The notes below the pieces were generated by a model. The model did not search any database, was not told the origin of the DNA, and worked only from the letters and a program-made list of their open reading frames with translations. A program made the position numbers and the translations under genes. DNA of 64,000 nucleotides from Lepidodermella squamata. Taxonomy: Eukaryota > Animalia > Gastrotricha. The stretch is taken from contig JBLDXI010000017.1 of assembly GCA_047495785.1 (NCBI GenBank), positions 3,534,001-3,598,000 on the forward strand. The letters run 5' to 3'. Shown piece by piece: positions 25,941-38,300 of the stretch (positions within the stretch are counted from its first letter, which is position 1; the number at the start of each line of letters is the position of its first letter).

Positions 25941-27272
25941 CACTTGGCTTTCTAGGAATTGAAACCGTTGTGGATAGAGACAAATAAAATGCAGCTCAAC
26001 TGCTTACTATTCCAATAGAGCTCAACAACCGCAAAACCTATGGTAATGTGCTATTGATGATTAGAGGGTCTGAATTGTCATCTAATAGCCTGACGAGGAA
26101 ACGACTGAACGATGAAAGATGCGAAAGTAGTCTCGAAGTTTGGCAAAATCACTGAATAAATGTTGGAACCATAAAAGGCTTTTCTCCAGCTACCAAAAAT
26201 GTAGGATGAATGGATATTAGACCCTGCCACCTGCCACCAATTCTGGTGATTTAACAGGGCTTCGGTGTGGTTGATAGTTGATATGAGGAAAAAACTGGTC
26301 ACCGATGATTCGGTGTTCGGTGTTCAAAGTGCAAAGATGGCAAAACAGAATGTAACAGAAAAGTATACAAATGCAGCTACTATATGTCAAGTCCTTACGG
26401 ACAACGGACACCTGCTTGGCAGTGCATTAATGCACGTAGCTGGTTTTGCGGCAAGTCGAGCTTGTCAGCTTGCGAAAGGACAGCTCAACGTTCAACAGTG
26501 TCTGACATCAGGGTCGGGTATGAGGACTAACATTGTCAGAGCTGCGGAGTTCGAGGTTCGGAGATTCGGAGGTTCACCTCGGTTTTCGGTTTGAACAATT
26601 GAACTAGTTCGATCGTCACTTCACCACACGGAGGCCGTGAAAATCCATTTTAGTTTCGAGCACGCGTTTCTGATTCCGGTAGAGCCATTTCAGCGAACAC
26701 GAATCAGGAAGAGCGAACACACGAGGTCAAGCTTATTTGAACAACCCGCCCTATCACTTCACAGTTCAAGGCCAGCAATTAATATTAAAAATATGTTTTC
26801 TTCGATAAGTTCAACCGTTATCAGCCCAATAGGATTCAACCTAATTTTATATAATGTGTTTTATGATTTAAAGTATGCGGTTTTGGCATTTTTGGCTGGT
26901 CGAAAACTTCGCGAACTTCGTTATTTGAAGTCCAACGTCCAACTTTTTGGTTCCTCAGCCTAACGACACCGGGTCGAAGTTCACTTTACACTTTTGTTAC
27001 ATGCTGTTACATTTTAGGTGTTACATATTCCTTTCTAACCCACTCCCATCCTAAACGTATGTGCATCTCTTGTGGCGTTGGTAGAATGTCGCCATCTACA
27101 ACCGCAAATCACAGTACTTATTCATCACCAGTCTCCCTCTTTGCCTTTTCATCAAAGATGAGGGTATCTTTTTGTGTAGCCTTTGCATATTTAAAGACAG
27201 CAGTTTCAATTTACCCATTCACTTTATCGCTCCTTTTTATTGTTTAGTTGCATTTATCTTAGTCATTTTATC

Positions 27273-28115
27273 ATGGAGGACAAGCCAACTTACATCAATT
27301 GGTGTGATCATGTTGCATTACCCATGCTGAACCAAATGACAGTCCTTGACTATTTTTGCAAGCCTACCAACCCATTTTACGACAAAACGTGCAATAATGA
27401 ACATCTCAGAATGCAAGGTTTTGGTTTAGTGTCAGAGCAATTAAGGTGGAACGAAACTATTTAACTTCTTCATGTTTTGAATCTTGGTATTAATATCCAG
27501 ATCAATGGAGGGAATCGAATTTATACTTCTACATGCTCAACCTCCAGATCTCTATGTGGTTCGCAAGCAGCATCGCGTGTCTCCGACGACAGGTTTTTTA
27601 GTTACGATACTCATCAAATAATCATTTCGTTTCGCGTTTCAGAGACTCCTCTTGTTGACTACTATATAATCCGCGGTGTTGTTTATCAGGCTCCTGATCT
27701 CGCTAGTGTTTTGAATGTCAGATTGCTGAATGCTGTTCACGCAATTCGCCGAGCGTTAGAAGAAGCTAGCAGCAGGGGTCGTTTCTCTCTCACTAAAACA
27801 AGTGGATCACTTTGGACCAATGACGTTGCTCTTCAGGCAGATTCGAATGTGGGAGCTAAGCGCAACGTTGGAAATTCTGTCAAGAGTCGCCAAAACGACC
27901 CTGATCGTCCACCAACTGCTTTTCAAAAAGGCCACACCGACCACGCTATTGCCGAACTCTATCGGAGGTTCCCTCCTAGTGCTGCTAATTCGAATTCAGC
28001 CGCACCTCCTGCCGCTCCTCAACCAGTACAACAAGCCGCTCCTGACAAATCACAAGCTAATGCAGCACCGGATGCTCAAGCTGCTGCTAACTTGAAGCGA
28101 TCCAAGTTAACCTAA
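27273..28115 (+). CDS. MED6: Mediator complex subunit 6, 3 exons, 245 aa
   Basis: Exons 27273-27445, 27501-27592, 27643-28115 in frame. VLDYF...NPFYDKTCNNE, MEGIEF...QPPDLYVVRKQ, YYIIRGVVYQAPDL. Confidence 0.94.
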
Positions 28116-28198
28116 TTGTATTTTGTCACCGTCTAACTAATTCACACTTTTCTGAAGAAACCCAAGCTTCAATAATTTTCTTATTTAGTGCTTTAAAA

Positions 28199-29390
28199 AT
28201 GGTTTGTGTGAAATCAGTCTGCTCAACGGCGTGGTGTTTGACTCGCAGGGTCGCCACGTTTTTGATCTGCATTGCCACTGCTATTTATGTAATTCTGCCT
28301 TATTCGCTCAACAACTATCCGCATGTTGTGGACTTCTTTGTCTTTCTAAACCATGGTAGGTAAATGCTTTTGATTCGATTTTTATAATCGTGTTTCCTTA
28401 TAAGTTGCCATGCCATTCACGAGAAATTTCAGCGATTTGGCTCATTTTGGTCTTGATCATAACCACGCAACTTCGCATCACGTTCCAACACCTGATGGCG
28501 CTCTTCTTGGGGCATGGTTGATTCAACCACCGCCGGGTGTAAAAGCTCGAAACCAGGTAATCCTATACCATCATGGTAACAGCGGCACCCGAGGCACTCC
28601 GCATCGCATAGCACTGTATAAAGTCTTGGCCGATGCCGGTTTCGACGTTGTAACGGTATAAAAAGCGATAATTTAATCCGATATACAATTATTGTTGCAT
28701 TTGTTGTAGTTCGATTATAGAGGATATGCTGATTCTGCTTGTGTGGCAAGCTATTGCGAGCCAACAGAACAAGGTCTGATCACTGATGCAACTACTATGT
28801 ACCAGTGGACTCTTGGAAGCATTAAAAAGCGCTGGGATGGCCACAAAAAGTCAGTGATAATTTGGGGACATTCTCTTGGCGGTGGTGCTGCAAGCAACTT
28901 GGCGCGCACTTTGTGTTCCGATACGTCGAAGAACTGCGATGAAGCGCGAGCTTTAGTTCTAGAATCAACTTTTTCTGACGTGGTCCAAGCCGCTATCCAG
29001 TACCCTCTCGCTTGGTTAGATTGCCTTAAGTTTCATTGGGTGTTGTAATTTTTGTTGAAAATTTCCAGGGCGTTGCATGTGTATAAACCTGCGCTTGAAA
29101 CGTTAATAAATGCGCTTGCCGAGAGAAATCTTTACTTCAACAACACAGCTTCGTTAGCGAAACTGCGACTGCCTGTGCTATTGGTTCATGCTGAGGATGA
29201 TCTGATTGTACCCGCTTCTCTCAGCCATCACGCTTATACCCATGCAGATTCTGTTCGTCCGGATGATTGGCCAGCTATGGAATACAAAATGTTCCCATCC
29301 TCCTACGGCTATGGTCACCGGGCGCTTCACGACGCTCCTGATTTGGTGCCTACTCTCCTCCAGTTCCTGGAGAAAAATACGAAAACTTGA
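28199..29390 (+). CDS. ABHD12: ABHD12-like alpha/beta-hydrolase (lysophospholipase), multi-exon
   Basis: N-terminal TM segment, ILYHHGNSGTRG..HR, DYRGY, nucleophile motif GHSLG, LESTF, HAEDD, GYGH. Confidence 0.88.
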
Positions 29391-31334
29391 CTACTGAGAT
29401 TATGAAATGTGACTTACAACTACTATATCCGAGTTTTTATATTTTGTTGATTTGCGATGTGTCTCGTCAAACATCCTCGTAGTCCTTCAGCATCGCTCAA
29501 ATTTGTGGGTAAATTGTAACTTGATACGAAATGGTTTGATTCTCTACCATCCTGATTATTGACACGTTTTGTTGATTATTTCATGATCAAAGTTTTATTG
29601 CCAACAGCAGCGTGTGTATTTTAATGTTATATTTCGTTATTTTGACAACCGATATCATTAAAGTAATAAGGGGTACGTGGCAGCGATACCCCTAATTGTG
29701 CGATCATTTTTTGGAAAATAAAACAGCAGTGTGATAAAAATAATGGTTCTTGAAAGTTGGTTCTCCTATCCAATCAACTCTATTTTCTAGCCCATCTGAA
29801 ATATGATCCAATCCCCTAAATGGTTCAAGGTTCCAGGTCTTTTAAAAATTACCCAGAAACTTTTCGGATTTCATGTTCAAATTATATACGAAAGAGCAAC
29901 TAACCCTAATGGAAAACTGGTACGAGGTACCGGCTGAGAACATCGCGGTATCAACCACGGCTTTGGAATGGATCAGCTACCTATGTACATTGGCGAGCGG
30001 TATCCTAAAGTTTTCAATGCCTAGCAGACTTGAGTTAAACCAATTGCGAGCTAGGTTTGGCTAAGAGGTTCAGGCTAATTTCTGAAGCTAAAATTTGAGC
30101 GGCGGTGTTGAGCAAAGTTCACCAACTAAGCACCATCATTGGCTAAGCATAGTTTACATAGCTGCTGAGTACAAATAATTAGCTGATCAAAACAAATCTG
30201 AATCCAGTAAAACGTGGAGTGCCCAATAACTTGGAAAAATTTACGCCAAGCGTCTATTCACGAAATAACGAAATCGTCAACTTTCCAACTTTTTTTAATA
30301 ACGGATGAATGGCTCATAAATAAATAAATAGAAAGATTGGGTCAGTGAGTAATTACAGCAACATTTGTCGGCATGAAATTTTACTTTGCGATGGCAAAAT
30401 TATAAATAAACTGAAAGCATATTTTCTTGCTAGGTGCCTATGCTTGGGATTCTTTTTCGCCGGTAGCTTTCGCCTGAAAAGCTTGCAAGAAGCGCTGAGA
30501 ATCCGCCGAATGACAAATGTTTTGGTAATCATCATGTTGCTTGTAATCTCTGCGAGAACCTGCCTATATGACGACCATCGCGGCTACCTCAACTTAAATT
30601 CTTTCCATTTTAACATAGCGGTCGAAATAATTGCCGGTGTAGGTACGCTCAGATTCGCGCTAATAAGATTACATACATTATTCCGGCATTGTAAAGACGC
30701 AACAAGATGACAGCAGACAGCATGCTGCTGGAAAGCCGTGCCGCTTGTGGCGCTGCTGGGCATTGACCACGAGTGTGAAAAATGAATGCATCGTTGTCTT
30801 TGTCGTAGGAGATATTCATTTGACTTCAACGTTACACTGAGGCATTGTTGAATTATTATGGATATTACTGTTCACAAGAAGACAACACCCGCTGCCGTAA
30901 AGAATTGCTCTACAATTGTTTGCTGCATCAAATTTCACTTGACAGTTATGTGCGCCGGTTGCCTCTATCAATTATTAGTACAATAGCACCGAATTTTGTG
31001 CAGCGCTCACCTTATCTTCACATGTATCCCACGTTCGGCATCGCCACTTGAGCGCTTGTTTACAATAAATCTAGTAGTAATTGCTTTTCAACAATATTTA
31101 ACATTTTTGAGATTGTGTTGGCGTCGAACACGAGATGGTAATTACTTTACGCTATTCTTGGTAGGACATCAGGATGCGAGCCGGTGCTTGCGGCCAACCA
31201 CATTATGCTGACACCTTGACACCCTGGCACATGATTACATCTATAATTCATCATATCATTTTTTCCACACCCGAGAGTGCCTTGAGAGAAAGTTAATGAA
31301 TACCTACTTGTATCGCATAAGATAGGGCTTTAAA

Positions 31335-32819
31335 ATGGTTTCATTATTGTTTTGCGGAGTGGTCGCGTTTATCGCAACCGCCAACGCTGAGCAAAGTAAG
31401 TTATTCATCCCGATCTAAAAAACCCATTCCCTTATTGAATATTTCCAGCACATGAGCAGCAGTTCAGTGGTAAATGCGGCAAGAGCTTTATTCCGCCACC
31501 AAACGAAGTACCCGGCCGCAACTGGACAGTTCAGATTCTACCAGCCAGCACTGCGAAAGCGAATGAAGTACCTTGGCAGGTATAACTGCGCATAATTAAT
31601 ACCTATAGTTGGCTTATCGAATATTCATTGCTAGGCTCGGATATTGGTCGATGGACTGTTCGCTTGCACGTAATAACCTTGTCAGGTTGACGCGATGTTT
31701 CTTACTTTTTAATTTCTAACATGCAGTGGCGCAATTGTCAGCAGTCAGTCAGTAACCACGTCGGCCAACTGCTTGGAACGCGCATTAGGGGATGATGCTG
31801 GCGGTCCGGCTGGTCTTCTACGCCTGCGAGTTATCGTTGGCGCTGCTTTCGATTTCAGGGCCGGTCGCTATGGAGAATCTATTTTCAGGGCGTCGCGCAT
31901 TTCGACACACGGCAACTACATCGAAGATCCTAACAAAAATATCAATGATTTGGCTTACATCACTGTGGAAGGAAGCATAGGTATGCTTTTCTGAAGAATT
32001 TCAGGCACTTATACTAGAAAAATTCGTTATAGGCTCATCTAGCTCCACGGGACAGACCGATGGAAAGCGTTTTGTTGACCAGAGCTATGTTAGACCTGCC
32101 TGCGTTGTAAGCGATCCACAGGCAGATATAGCCAAGCCTGGTCATGTTGCTGTTCTATCGTATTGGAAGCGCCAGGATGTCAAGAAGAGCGGGGTTGGAG
32201 GTGAGTTCAAATTTGTCATTTGTAAATGTACCTATAACATCTCCAATTCCTATTAATAGCTCTCAGTTATGATCAGTGCAGTTCTGTTGAAAACATATCA
32301 GCGTCCTATCTGCCTTTGCCGAATAAGGCTTGGTTGAGAATTGTGCCAACTGAAGACTGCATGGAATATTTTCCCGTTTACCGGCGCCTATGGCCAGCAG
32401 ATCATTACTTGTGCGCTGAGGCAAATCCTATCGCTCTCAAGGCCAATATTTGCTGCGTAATTTAACACATTTTGTCTCTGTTACTTATTCTGATAGCTCT
32501 TATTCCTAATTCATAGGCTGAAGGAGGAGCGCCATTGGTTCAGAAGTATGGCGACCGTTGGTTCTTGATTGGAGTCTTTTCGCAAATAGCCGGCTGTCAA
32601 TACAACCCTGATGAAGATAGTGTAGTCCAACCCCCGCTCTTGCTGTTTGCCGGCACCACTGGAACTCAGGTATCTTGGATGACTCTGCATCAGCCTGATG
32701 ATCCTGAAGTGACAACAGAGCGACCTAAAGCACTCATCTTAGCTGCTTCTGGGGCTAGATATGGATTATCTACTTCGCTCGGCGCTCTGTTAGCGTTTAG
32801 CCTTTTCTTCAGGCTATAA
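31335..32819 (+). CDS. Secreted, probably GPI-anchored, catalytically inactive trypsin-like serine protease homologue, 7 exons
   Basis: Signal peptide MVSLLFCGVVAFIATANA. S1-fold landmarks CG, EVPWQA, CTGAIVS, TSANC, NDLAYI, VRPAC, LCA, AEGGAPLV, WFLIGVFS. Hydrophobic C-terminus LGALLAFSLFFRL. Confidence 0.82.
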
Positions 32820-34486
32820 AAAATAGAACAATGAAAACCGCCATCGAATCATAAAAAAATGTTATATTTGTCAATGCAGCTTAATTTTATTTACAAACAA
32901 TACGCCTTGAAGTCTTGTCGCTACCCGAACGTGCAAATTGAGTGTTCAAATTTTTGACGTTCGAAATTCGAGTCGGACCCCTTTGTCCGAAGTTGGAGCA
33001 ACCTCACAGCTCTTGACATTCCTGATGTTTTCGAAAATCAGGAGAAAATGAAATGTTTCGTCTTACATACGTTGTGTTCTCCGAACTCGCGGAATTAGTT
33101 CTACTCGATAGAGAGTTATAACTTCCGACAAAATAATTCCGCAGGTTATCATAAAACTCGTTTCCATCCCCATCAAGCAATCAAGTGATGTCAGCAGCTC
33201 GAAAAACACGGAAGAATGTCAATTATTATCAATTTCGCGCGTTCGTACCTAAAACATCCGTTTGGAAACTATTTCTTTAATCTACACGTGGTACATGGTA
33301 TGAAATTTCAGCTTTTGATGCCCTGCAATGATCACGGTATGTTTCTACACGGCCAGTTTATCCGATCTACCGTCGAGGTCAAATTTGAACTAGGTTAAAA
33401 GCTACTTTATATGAAAATTCAAAAACAATGCGAAGTAATTGCGAGTACAGGGTAACCGCAGGCGAATAGCTTTGCAGCGCCGAAAGGTAAAAACAGAGGG
33501 CTTGTTGCATAAAATTCTCCGTTGCTCAAGCAGTTGAATGACGGTAACTGGAGTGGTAACTAATTTTTGGAAATTTTATACGTTAAATTTCGGACAGATC
33601 CTAATAAATTTTTAAATGAATTTGCCGTGGGCATTCCCTTAGCGATACTCTCTCTGTAATTGAAAGAACAACAAAAAAGGGACTACCAGGGCACTCAATT
33701 GAATATCAGGTGCGATTTGCCTTCGTTATGTCACGAAACTGGAAACTGAAGATACCGCGCTGCTTTTTCGCTATATGCTATTTGTCGTAGCGCGCGTCCG
33801 TTCATCTAGCGCTTCCCCTAGGTGAACACGCGCCTTTTTTAGGGGAACGCGCTTTCGCCTTAGTGAACAGCATGGTCGTTATTTATTTGCCTGTCCCAAA
33901 TCCCAAGCTACCTGACATAGGTACTCTGGAATTTTGTTTTGCGATTTGAAGTTTCTTTACTTGGCAAATGCCATTGGCAAATTTAATTTTTCAACTGCGA
34001 TTCGATGGTAAAATCGAACAGGTTAAAAGCCGGTTATTTCATGTTCACACCAGAATTTATTTTCCGATTCTAGCGCTAGTTTTATTTTACGCACATATAG
34101 AACAATGTGTATGTATCATTCAGACAATCATTCGCAACATTTCAAGAATTCAACACATTCTACAAGTAATATTTTACATTCTTTTACACAGCCCCTGGCG
34201 AATGAAAATGGTGCAGGTAGAAAGATGCCGGCATGGTTATATATAAATTTCAAAGCATGCGATACTGATAGAAAATTTATCAATTAATAAACTGAGATAA
34301 GTAATAAGCATGACGCAAACTTCTTGGCACGTTGTTCTCAATAATTTTACATCGAGATAAAAGAAGATACATGGAGAGCGATCAATTTGTTGCACAATAA
34401 GAAAGAATGGAATAGATCATAAATAGCATTGTAAAATGGAATTTTTTTTAATTTTTTGGAATTATTTCGATTTCGGCTGGAATCAA

Positions 34487-35885
34487 TCAGTTAACAGCAG
34501 CGGCCGCTGCGACAAGGCTGCCAATATAATTCGACTGCTGCGGTTGTTGTTGAAGCGTGGCAAGTTGCGCGGCCAAGTGCGACGCAACATGCGCGCGAAA
34601 ATCTGCCCGGTTCGAGCATTGAAGGCCACACATCGGGCACACGCTCACGGTCGCCTCAGCACTCTGCATCGAAATCAACGCATTTGCGAGATCGGGCTCA
34701 ACCCGACTACTGCTAGGCGCCGAGGTGGATTGCGACAGGCGGGGTTGCTTTGAAGAAACGCTGTTTTTCGAACTAGATGGTGAGCTTTTCGAGGAAGCTG
34801 AGGGTCGTTTCGAGGGAGGTTTGCTCGAAGCCGAGGTTCGATTACTGACAGTTTTATCGGCTTGGTCACTTGCCCCACTTGGACTCGAACCCGGCAGCTG
34901 ATCGACTTTTGGGCGGTGCCATCTCCTGTTGAAGTAATTAGTTTAAAATTAATTTAAAATTTAATTCAATTTAAAAATTTGCTAACCTGTGAGAAGCGAG
35001 ATTCGCCGGGCAGCTGAAAACTTTATTGCACTCGGGGCAGCGATGTTCGGTTTTTTCCAACTTCGGGCAGTTGTGCGCAGCCAAGCAGAACGCGTCTTCA
35101 AATTTAACGGAGCATAGCGCGCAAACGTAGTCGCCAATAATGTTAGGCATCGATGCCAACTTCCGCCGAGCTTCGTCCGAAACAGTCACCAGTTTAGCGT
35201 AGACGTTGTTAGCATCGTAGTACCCGCCGATGCAGACGCTTTTACTCGGGGTTGCTGCTTCATCGCTGAAAGTTGGCGTCAAAGCGTCGTTACTCAGCTT
35301 TCGAGACCGTTTCCGGCTGTTGGATTTCGCGCCGATGATGGTAACCGGTACCGTTTTCGGCAATTGAGGAACAGCGGCTTCTTCCTGGTCGAAATTCAGC
35401 ACTGGAGTACCTGGTTCCAACTTGGTGCCAGCCCCGGAACCGGAATCGTCTTCGAATCCTGTCGAAGGTGTGCGGTTGAAATTCGGCTCGATTGGAAGCT
35501 GCTGCTGGTCCCGAATCAACGACATCTGACTCTTCAACTGCTCGAGATGATTTTTCAGGGTTAGAAACGCTAGTAACTGTTGCTGCTGTTGTTGCGCCTG
35601 TTGCTGCTGCGCTTGTTGTTGCTGCTGAAGGTGGTGAAGAAAATTTATGGCACCGCTTTGATTATTGAAAGCAAAGGGTGTTGTATTGGCATTGGCAGCG
35701 GCCGGCCGAGAAGCAGTACTGTTTAGCAGGAGCTGGCTCCAGATTGAAGATAGTGCGGATTCTGCGCTGGATCCTGGTAGCTGGAGGGAATTTGGCGCTT
35801 TCGCTACGGCACCGATTGACAAATTCAACGGCTCAGCGAAATCGCCACCATTTGAGGTTGGAGTGTTGAAAAAATTACCGAGCAT
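34487..35885 (-). CDS. INSM1: INSM/Nerfin/EGL-46 family C2H2 zinc-finger transcription factor
   Basis: IGDYVCALC...FCLAAHNCP...HRCPECNKVFSCPANLASHR|RWH across intron 34926-34986. Third finger CPMC...H...H near the C-terminus. N-terminal polyQ. True start may lie upstream. Confidence 0.88.
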
Positions 35886-35989
35886 AGTAAATTCGCAAAA
35901 AATCTAGTTTTTCAATGAAAAGTAATGTTGGCGTTAAATAATTGTAGTGAAGCTTAAGGTGGATGTTGCTATTGTTAATCGCGAGAGGG

Positions 35990-38300
35990 GTCACGAGTCA
36001 CATTGACAAGGCGACGCGTTCGATTATTGCGATCGCGATGCGGAGAGATGCGCGCGCGCACAGTTTGGCGAAAACAAATTCCGGACATCCGAGGCGCGCG
36101 ACCACCAGAAACAGCGTCGAAACGCGCTGTGCTGCTATAGGTCAAATTCGCGATGACACACGCGAGCGGATGGGCCATGAGCCACGTGGAAAAAGGTGAG
36201 CAATTATTATTACAATTATCGATAACCCACGCGCGCGCGCCTCACATGTCAATGGTGACATCATGACGATGATGTCTCGAGACTCGCTTAATCCCGTCGT
36301 GTTTTATTATAAAGCAAATAGTACGCGCGGCTTGGTAGCGACTAGGCTCAGAATTGACACACACACCTTTTAACGATTACATTACAAATGTGTGTCAAGC
36401 ACGGCCGGATGAGGCCTTACAGTGCCACGATGACAACGGGGCCTAATATAAGCGCCGGATTGATTTTGCCCACCGCCCTACTGCTGCTAATATGTACAGA
36501 CGACTTGACACACTTGGTGATTGGTGTTCAGCTGCCGTGATGCTGTAATCGAACGCATGTAAATTGACAGCGCGCAGGTGTTAGCTACCTTAGATGGGTC
36601 ATTATTGCCACCTCGCCGGAAAATGATAACACAGGGCGCGCATGCAACGATTAGACAAGGTGAGTTAATCCTCGAGTACGCAGTATCAATAAATACGTAT
36701 CTATCTAAACGCGAGACACCACAGCAATGCGTAATCGAAGAAGCCTTTGACGAGCGTATTGTCTGTGTTAACTAACGTACATGCCACATGATTGTCCAGC
36801 CAAAAAAATGCGTGCTGATCCAAACACGCTAGAATGCGGCGCCTGGACGGAAATCGGAAGTTGCCACGCATTAAGGTGTTGCGATTAAAGTATTCGACAA
36901 TTGAGACTAAACTCGGAGGGCTACACCTAGCTATATGAAGACGCGCGCGTGAAGAGGCACGCGCGCTCGCGCTTCTAATTGACAGCAATTTAGACGCGCG
37001 CAAGGGCGATCCAGCTTTGTCTCTTTGAAACTTCCGCCGCGGCATTTCGATAGCTAACAAGCCGCAATTAGTCGCGTGCTGGAGAACACGCCGAAATTCG
37101 AGCCGCTGTTGTAGCGCCTGGGCCATGTGCAAGATGAGACGGGTGCGCGAACAGCGAGCCTAAACGCGGCCAATGAGCACCGGTGCCAAAAATCGATGAT
37201 TAGCGGCGTCTCGGCGGTTCCAACCGGCGGCGCCTAGGCGCGCTATCGCCACCCTGATCGTTAGGCTATCACCCGTGGCTATCTCCTTTTGACGGCGCGC
37301 GGAGTCTCGCTAATAGGTCATAAAACTGTAGTACACGGAGTGCGCGCGCCTTTGATTATCAACACCGCAACAGGGTGTCTAAAGTTGCAAATAATTGCTG
37401 AGCGCTCTCGTTATTCTTCTTGCCCGGCGACTACACTGCGGACTCAAGAAAGCAATTACGAAATTTTGACAGGAAACAAATGTTGGCGTGATTAGGGAGG
37501 AGAAAGTCATCAAGCACGAGGATTAAAACGGTTTTGCATGGACGCGCCTGCATCAATTTTCGTCGTACCAAAACTGATGGCTGTGATGATTGTAAGCTAT
37601 ACCTAATTTACTGCTACCTAGGATTTAGCGGAGATTAACGTGTTGTGTGTTGCGAAAAATTGACAGCGACGGGTCCCAGCGCGCGCGCGAGCACCTGGCA
37701 GTTTTGCGCATCAGGGTGGCTACAAAATTCAAATTACAGTTCGGTGGAATTAACTTTTACGGCGCGACGCGCGCGCAGCCAAATCCTAGCAATCAAAATT
37801 GTGCGCGTGTTTACATGGAAGGTAGATATTTCGCGGCAATTGGTGGCGAGACATATTTCGAACTTGCTGATCGCCGGATTACATTTATTGTGCGTTTCGT
37901 GTGTCATTATTAGCGAGACGCCACAAGGCGGCTAACGCCCTTCTCTGGGGCAGCAGCGATTTTTAGCATTTCAATCGACGACGGAACTGCTTCTATCATT
38001 TCTTGCTGTCTCCGCGAACAACGGCTGCGAATAATGGTACAAAGCGCGCCGCTGTCGGAAATCCTGCCTTGCCACTTGTCACCTGAGTGTTCCAAAGTCC
38101 AGGTCTTAATATAGAAATGAGAGGCTGCAAGCACATTCGCGCACGAAGAATTTGCACAAATTATGATTTCCAATTTACCCAAATTTAATTTTAATTTTAA
38201 GATCAGAGGCGCCGTGACGCCTGTGAGCTTTCAAGTGCCAGCGCACACGCCCCTTCATGTGGTACACTTCCGCCACCGGGAATATGAAACGAAAATGTAT
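35990..38300. promoter_or_regulatory. CpG/GCGCGC-rich putative cis-regulatory region upstream of INSM
   Basis: No coherent ORF. Dense CGCG/GCGCGC runs and repeated TTGACA(G) and TAAT(T/G) motifs, 5' of a neural transcription factor. Function is inferred. Confidence 0.45.

Noticed and set aside
26537-33110. GTTCG/CGAAC-rich patches at ~26540 and ~32930-33090 as paired TIRs around MED6, ABHD12 and the protease homologue
   Set aside because: Only loose similarity and no TSD; more likely separate small repeat remnants.
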